Below, in pieces: positions 45,661 to 54,600 of a stretch of DNA of 64,000 bases. The notes below the pieces were generated by a model. It did not search any database. It saw only the letters and a program-made list of their open reading frames with translations, and had not been told where the DNA came from. Each line of letters starts with the position of its first letter. Positions within the stretch are counted from its first letter, which is position 1. Source of the stretch: Chitinophagaceae bacterium (GTDB taxonomy: Bacteria > Bacteroidota > Bacteroidia > Chitinophagales > Chitinophagaceae); contig JANYEB010000037.1 of assembly GCA_025363355.1 (NCBI GenBank), positions 111,056-175,055 on the forward strand. The letters are read 5' to 3'. A program made the position numbers and the translations under genes.

Positions 45661-48600
45661 ATGAAAAAAACACTCTTCGGTTTTCTAACGATTATCTGCT
45701 TATTATTTTCTTCGGTATCAAATGCACAAATCAACTCTTCTAGCCAATGGACTTGGATGAAAGGAGATAATACTATTAACTCATTTGGAGTTTATGGTAC
45801 AAAAGCCGTGTCAGCTGCTACTAATAAACCAAGTGGAAGATATGCAGGCACTACCTGGACGGACACATTAGGAAATTTGTGGCTTTTTGGTGGTGTTGGA
45901 TTTGATGTTAATGGTAATTATGGTCAATTAAATGATTTGTGGAAATATGATGTTGGCACCAATCAATGGACTTGGTTACTTGGTGATGATGTAAATAATC
46001 AGTCTGGTATATATGGTACAAAAGGTATCGCAGCATCTACTAACAAACCAGGTGCAAGAAATGCAAGTTTTGGTTGGGTGGATCCATCGGGTAATCTCTG
46101 GTTGTTAGGCGGCAATGGATATGATGAAGGTGGAAGTTTGGGTAATATGAATGATTTGTGGCAATACAATATAAGTAGTGGTGAATGGATCTGGGTTAGT
46201 GGAGATAATGCTGTAAATCAAAACGGGGTTTATGGAACTAAAGGTGTTGCAGATATAAACAATATCCCTGGTGCAAGATATGGAAGTGCAAGCTTTACAG
46301 ATGCAAGTGGTAATTTATGCTTTTTTGGAGGTTTTGGCAATGATGGTTCAGGAAATAGTGGTCAGTTAAATGATTTATGGAAATATAATACAGCTACTGG
46401 AGAATGGACTTGGTTAAGTGGAGATAATACTATTAATCATTATGGTGTTTATGGTACTAAAGGTGTTGCATCATCTACAAATCAACCAGGGTCAAGAGAA
46501 GCTGTTAATGGTTGGAAAGATCCATCGGGTAATTTCTGGATTTTTACTGGATATGGATATGCTGAAAGCGGAAGTACACAAGTAATGAACGATTTATGGA
46601 AATATAATACCATTACAAATCAATGGAGTTGGGAAAGTGGCGATAATACTACATTACAATATGGTGTTTATGGCACAAAAGGAATTGCAAATGTTGCCAA
46701 TAAACCTGGTGCAAGATATACTAGTGCCACCTGGGCAGATGCAAGTGGTAATTTATGGCTTTTTGGAGGATATGGATATGTTACATCTGGTGGTGCTGGT
46801 GATTTGAACGATTTATGGAAATACAATACAAATACTGGAGAATGGACTTGGGTTAGTGGAGATAATACTATAAATCAAACGGGTATTTATGGCACTCAAG
46901 GTGTAGCAGATGTCAATAATAAACCTGGAGGAAGGGATAATAGTATGGGTTGGAAAGACACAAATGGTAATTTATGGCTTTTTGGTGGCACTGCTTATGA
47001 TGCAAATGGAAGTGTTGGGCAAATAAATGATTTATGGAAATTGGGAATTGCTTGCAATATTAGTAGTAGTTCAAATACACAAACTGCTTGTAATAGTTTA
47101 GTATGGAATGGTACAACTTATACTTCAAGTGGAACTTATACTTGGACAGGCACAAATGCTGCTGGTTGCGATAGTACAGCAACATTAAATTTGACTATAA
47201 ATAATTCCTCAATATCATCTACCACAACTAGTGCTTGTGATAGTTTGATATGGAATGGTACAACTTATACCACAAGTGGTACTTATACTTGGGGTGGCAC
47301 AAATGCTGCTGGTTGTGATAGCACTGCTGCATTGAATTTAATAATAAACAATTCAACAACTTCATCAACAAGTGTAACGTCTTGTGATAGTTTAAGATGG
47401 AATGGGACAAAATATACAGCAAGTGGTACATATACATATAGTACTACAAATGCTGTTGGTTGCGATAGCACAGCTACTTTAAATCTAACAATAAATAATT
47501 CCACCATTTCAGTATCAACGGTTACAGTATGTGACAGTCTGATTTGGAATGGAACAATTTATAGAAATAGCGGTACTTATACTGCTCATTTTACAAATGC
47601 TGTAGGTTGTGATAGTACAGCTACACTTGGTTTAATAGTAAACTACAAACCAACGGTTGCACCAATTGTTGGATTAACCAATATTGAAATATTAGCTATT
47701 GGTGGTGGTGGGGGTGCTGGTGGACCAGATGGTGCAATTGGAGCAGGTGGTGGAGCAGGTGGAGCAGTTTATGGAGCTTATACTTTAAGTACAACTGGCA
47801 GCAGTATTTATACTGTTGGTGTTGGGGGTGCTGGAGGATATGGTCAAGGTTGTGCAGGAAATGCTGCTGGTGGAACTGCTGGTGTAAATGGTGGTGCAGC
47901 AGGTGGAAATGCTGGAACAGGTGGTTGTTCGGGTGGTGGTGGTGGAAGTGGTGGTTGGTCTGGTTTATACCAAGGCTCAAACTACATAGTTGTTGCAGGT
48001 GGTGGAGCAGGTGGTGGTGGTTCTAATGAAGGAAATGCAAACGACGTTACAACACCTGGTGGTGGTAATCAATCTGCTGCTTTTGGAACTTCAATGACTG
48101 GTCAAAATGGAACGGCCTATAGTGGAGATGGTGGAGGAGGTGGTGCCGGTGGTGGTGGATTTTATGGTGGTGCTGGACAATCTAATTTAACACAAACTGG
48201 TTTTGTTGCAAGTCAAGCTTGGGGTGGTGCTAACTACGCTAATCCAACAGGCAGAAATAGCTTTGCAACATATATTGGAAACAGTGGTGCAACATCTAGT
48301 ACTGGAACTGGTGGTCAGGGGACCACATCTACAATCTCTAATTCAAGTAATTTTAATTATAGTAATACTTTTGGAAAAGGTGGTAATGCACAAGGCAATG
48401 GTGGAACAAGCACAACAGCCAATGGAAATAATGGTGTTGTAATTATTAGATATCCTGGTTCAGCAGTTGCTACTGGGGGTGCTGTTACACAAAGTGGTGG
48501 ATATACATTACATACATTTACTGCTACAGGTAGCAATACGTTTACTGCAAACTCTGGCAATTCTGTTTGTGCTGGTTCTACAACAACTTTAAATTGTGTA

Positions 48601-51600
48601 ACAACTGGTGGTGTTTGGTCAAGCAGTGATACTACAATTGCATCAATTAATGCTTCAACTGGTCTTGTAACTGGTAAAGTTGCAGGAACTGTAACGATTA
48701 CTTATACTGTAACAAATGCACAAGGTTGTATAGGAAGTTCTACAAAACAATTTACTGTTAATGCTTTGCCAATTGTTCCTGCAATTACAGGTAATACTAC
48801 AATTTGCGATAATACCACAACAGCTTTAAGCAACTCTTTAACTGGTGGAATTTGGAGTTCATCTTTAACATCAAAAGCAACAATTAATGCTTCAACTGGT
48901 TTAGTAACTGGTGTAGCTTCTGGCTCAACTAATATCACTTATTTATACACTGATAATAATGGTTGTTCAAATACTAATTCAACTGTTATAACAATCAATG
49001 CAAGCCCTACAGTTGCTGCAATTAGCGGTAATGCTGGTGTTTGTATTGGTAGTACAACAACATTTAGCGATGTTACTTTAAATGGTACTTGGACTTCAAG
49101 TAATACAAATGCTGCAACAATTAATAACAGTGGTTTAATTACAACTGTTGCTACTGGTTCTTCAACTATTAGTTATACAGTAATTAATGCAAGTACTTGT
49201 ACAACTTTTGTTACAAAATCAATTACAGTAAATGCTCTACCAAATGTTACAGCTAATGCAACTGCAACTACAGTTTGTTTTGGTACTCAAACAACTTTAA
49301 CAGGTGGCAATGCTTCTTCTTATACTTGGAATAATGGTGTGACAAATGGAACTGCTTTTGCACCTTCTGCAACAAACTCTTATACTGTAACAGGAACTGA
49401 TGGCAATGGTTGTGTTAAAACTGCAAACATTACTATCACTGTAAACTCATTGCCTATTGTTAGCATCAGTCCATCTGTTACTACTTTATGTAATGGATAT
49501 TCATCAACATTAACAGCATCTGGTGCTAGTACTTATGGTTGGACAATAGTTGGCTCTTCGCCATATATGGACCAAGTATCAAGTACTTCAACATTAAAAT
49601 TTGCTGCTGGTTTACATAAATTAAAAAGTTCATATAGTGGTTCTGCAATACGCATTAGACGTTCAAGCGATAATACTGAGGCTGATTTTGGATTTAGTGG
49701 TAATGATTTAGATGTTGCTGCAATTAGCACATTTATTGGTGGAGGAACAGCTTATGTAAAAACATTATACGACCAATCTGGCAATGGCAATCATTTATCA
49801 CAAACATCAAATGGTAATCAACCAACCTTAACTTTAAGTGGATTGAATGGCAAACCTGTAATTCACACAAATACTTCACAAAGTATATATAATATGACAA
49901 ACTTTACACCACCGTTTAGTGTAGTTTACGCAGCACGTCAAACTGGTGGTAGCCGTGGAAGATTGTTGTCTGGTACAAATAATAATTGGTTATTAGGATG
50001 GTGGGGTGGAAACAGAGCAATGGCTCATTTTGATGGTTGGATTACAAGCTCTTGCTGTAGTGCATCAGATAATAATATTTATGTTTATTCTGGAACAGGA
50101 ACAGGCTCTAGCTCTTTTGCTTATCAAAATAAAACATCAATCACTACAAACTCTACTGGTGGAACTACAGGACCAAATGGTATTTCTCTTAACAGAAATG
50201 AGGCTTCTGATGCAGACTTTACAGATGTTGTAGAATTCAATTCTGTATTATCAACTGCTGATAGAAATATTGTAGAAAATGGAATGGGTGCTTATTATGG
50301 CTTATCTGGTTTTTATAATACAACAGGAGCAAGCACTACAGTATCACCAAATACAACATCTAGCTTTACTGTTTATGGAACAGATGGAAATGGATGTATT
50401 GGTACTGCAACACAAGCTATAACTGTTAATCCGAAACCAAATGCTGGTGCAGATGTTAACTATTTATGTGGTAGTGCAACACAAACATTAACAGGTACTG
50501 CAAATACAGGAAACTGGACTGCATTAGGTACAAACCCAATAGGTGCTACATTAAGTGCTACAACATCGGGTGTTGCAACAGTATCATTTACAAATCTTGC
50601 TTCTGGTACTTTCAGTTTCATTTACACTTTACCAACAACTAATTGTAGCGATACAATGAGTATTACAGTTAGAGCTAAACCAAATGCAGGAGCTGACCAA
50701 GCTGTATGTATTTTAAATGTAGCGACTGGTGTTACTTTAACATCAAATGTTGCTGCAGTTTGGACTGCAAAATCTGGTAATGTAGGAACTTCAAATATTG
50801 TGTCTGCAATTAGTGCAAGTACACAAGTAAATAACTTTAGTGTTGTAGGAGATTATAATTATATAAATACAAATAATGGTTGCACAGATACTGTTAAAGT
50901 AACTGTTACACCAGCTGGTTCGATAGGTAATTATGTTTGGAAAGATCAAAATAATGATGGCTTACAAAACGAACCTACATCAAATGGTGTTAATGGAATA
51001 ACAGTTGATTTGTATAAAAAAGATGGAATGGGAGCATTTAATTTATATGCTACCACCACAACCGCTAATAGTGGAAGTGGTAACCCAGGATTTTACAACT
51101 TTGGTATTTGTGAAGATGGGGTTTATAAAATAAAAGTACCAACTGTAAATCCATTTACACAAACACATTTAACAACACAAGATGCAACTGCTGCTACCAA
51201 TGGCAATAGCGATGTAAATCCTGCTGATGGATTTAGCCCAGATGTTACGATTGATACACACGGAACTGGTGTTGCAAAAGATAACACCACAATAGATGCT
51301 GGTTACCAAATTTGTACTAAACCAATTGCTGGCATTGATTTCACATCTTGTGGTGGTCAGTTGGTAGCAATAACAGGCGTTTCTACAACACCTGCATTAC
51401 CTACAACAGATGGTAATTGGGCTGCTCTTTCAAGTAATCCAAGTGGTACTATCTTAAGTGCAACTAACTTAGGTGTTTCAACTATTCAATTTGATTCATT
51501 AGCATCTGGAGTTTATAGCTATATCTATTCTGTAACTGGTGGATGTGATGATACTCTAAATATTACAGTTGGCTATAAACCAGCAGCTGGAACTGATTTA

Positions 51601-54600
51601 TATGAAATTTGTGGTGGTTCTGTTATTCCTGTAACTGGCTTGCCAAGTGGTGGCACTTGGTCTCAAGCATATGCAAATATTTCTGGTGCAACTGTTGATG
51701 CAACTAATAATGGCGTTGCTAATATTAGTTTTGCAAATATTATTTCAGGAATATACACATTTGTTTATACAACTCCATTTGGGTGTACAGATACTATGAC
51801 TATCTCTACCAAACCAAAACCTAATGCAGGTAATGATGTATATATGGAGTGCGGTACACCAAAATTATTTGATTCAGTAAGAGCAACACCAACTGGTGGG
51901 ACTTGGGCTGCAATGTCTAGTAATCCTACAGGTGTAACACTTGGTTCTACTACTAATGGTAAAGCACAAATTAGTTTGCCAATAGCACCAGTTCAAGGAA
52001 CTTGGTCATTTATTTACACAGCACCAAATGGTTGTACAGATACAATGAGCTACACAATTGGAGTAACAGGCACCCCTGCACCAGCAATCAATTCTGGTAG
52101 CAACCCAATTTGTGGTAATAGTACTGTTCAAATTTGCCCTACTTTTTTTGGATGGAGCAATTATCAATGGTATAAAAATGGGGTTGCAGTATCTGGAATA
52201 AATGGTACACAATCTTGTATTACAATTGACTCTTCAAAAATTGGCAGTTATACTTTAGCAGGAACTAACGGTTCAGCTTGTTGGTCAAAACAATCAAGCC
52301 CAGTTGTAATTAGTTTAGCAGGAGCAGTAACTCCAACCATCACAATTCAAGGTGGTTTAACAACAGCTTGTAATAATGGAAGTGTTACTTTAATTAGTAG
52401 TTCAACACAAAACAATCAATGGAATAAAAATGGTGTTGCAATTAGTGGGGCAACATCTCAATATTATACAGCTTCAACAAGTGGTGTTTATACTGTAACT
52501 GCTATTAATTGTGGATACACAAGAACAAGTTCTGGAACTACAATAACTATTGTTGCTCCAATAAGTATTTCATCTATACAAGCAAGTTCAGGTTCTGTTT
52601 GCACAGGAAGCACATTAATATTAAGCAGTGCAACAACTGGTGGCGTATGGACATCTAGCAATCCTTCAAAAGCAACTGTCAATGCTGCTACTGGAATTGT
52701 TACTGGTTTGAATGCTGGTTCAACAATCATCACTTACACAGTAACAGTTAGTGGTTGCAGCAATGCAACAAGTTACGCGTTAAGTGTAGTAGATGGTTCT
52801 AACATTACAACACCGACTATCTCTGTACAAGGGTCAACAATATTATGTGGAACAGCAACTGTGCAACTATGTACAGGGACTTTTGGCTGGAGTAATTATC
52901 AATGGTATAAAAATGGAGTAGCTGTAACAACTGGTACAGGAACTTGTATTACTGTAGACACTTCTAAATTAGGAAGCTACACACTAGCAGCTACTACAGG
53001 TAGTGGTTGCTGGTCTCCTTTATCAAATGCTGTAACTATTAGCAGTTCTACAGTATTGCCATCAACTCCAACTATTAGTGCAACTGGCTCAACAACTGTA
53101 TGTAATAATGGAACTGTTGTTCTAAGCAGTAATGCTACAACAAATAATCAATGGAAAAAAGATGATGTAACAATTAGTGGAGCAACATCTCAATCTTATA
53201 CTGCTTCAACTAGTGGTGTTTATACAGTATCTGTTAGCAATTGTGCAGGAAGTTCAGTTAGTGTTGGAATCACAGTAACAATTGTTCCTACAATTACACT
53301 AGGTTCAATTCAATCAGCTACTAGCTCTGTTTGTAAAAATGCAACAGTAACTTTAACCAACTCAACCACTGGTGGCTTATGGGCTTCAAACAATAATTCA
53401 AAGGCAACTGTTAATGCAACAACAGGAGCTGTTACTGGTGTTGATACAGGTAGTGTAATTATTAGTTACACAGTAATAGTTAGTGGATGTAGCAAATCAG
53501 TTTCTACTACCTTAACGGTTGTAGATGGCTCTAATATGATTGCACCAGTTATTGCAGCACAAGGACAAACAAGTTTATGCGGAACAAGTACAGTTCAGAT
53601 TTGCCCAACAACATTTGGTTTTAGTAATTATCAATGGTATAAAGATGGCATAGCTGTAACAAGTAATGGAGCTAGTGCTTGTATTACTATAGATACATCT
53701 AAATTGGGTAGCTATACTTTAGCTGCAACAAATGGTAGTGGTTGTTGGTCAACAGTATCTGATGCAGTTGTTGTTAGTGCTTCATCTATACCAGTAGTTC
53801 CAACAATTTCAACATCTGGTTCTGGTACTATATGTAATGGAGGAACAATTACTTTAACTAGCAGCTCATCAACTGGAAATCAATGGAAGAAAGATGGAGT
53901 TGCTATCAGTGGTGCTACCTCTCAATTTTACACAGCATCTGCAAGTGGTGTCTATACTGTAACTGTTACAAATTGTGGTAGTGCAATCAGTACAGGGACA
54001 TCAATTACTGTTGTTTCATATATAACTATTAATTCAATACAATCAATTACTGGAACTGTTTGTAAAAACGCCACATCAACTTTAATTAATACAACAACTG
54101 GTGGAGTTTGGTCATCAAGTAACAATTCAATTGCTACTGTTAATTCATCAACAGGTGTTTTAACAGGTGTTGATACAGGTACAGTAACTATAACTTATAC
54201 AGTAACTATAAGTGGTTGTAGTAATTCAGTTCAAGCAACATTCACAATAGTAGATGGTTCAAATATTGTAGCACCAACTATTATTGCACAAAGTTCTTCA
54301 GTAATATGCTCAAATGGTAATGTAACTATTTGCCCAACAGTATTTGGCTGGAGTAATTATCAATGGTATAAAAATGGAATTGCATTAACAAACAATGGAG
54401 CTGGAGCTTGTATTACTGTTGATACATCTAAATTGGGTAGCTATACTTTAGCTGCAACAACAGGAACCTGCTGGTCATCTCAGTCGAATGCAATAACTGT
54501 TTCAACTTTACTAGCACCTGCAACACCAACAATTAGTGCTGGCGGCTCTACAACATTATGCAATGGCGGTAATGTAGTGTTAACAAGTAATGCACCAAGT

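Noticed and set aside
47696-47980. 94-aa His/Gln/Leu-rich ORF on the minus strand, along with other antisense ORFs at 47228-47507, 48357-48560, 48702-48938 and 52488-52733
   Set aside because: They lie antisense to the giant CDS. The reverse complements of GGN, ACN and GTN-rich repeats give long stop-free low-complexity frames. They have no independent start context or recognisable fold.
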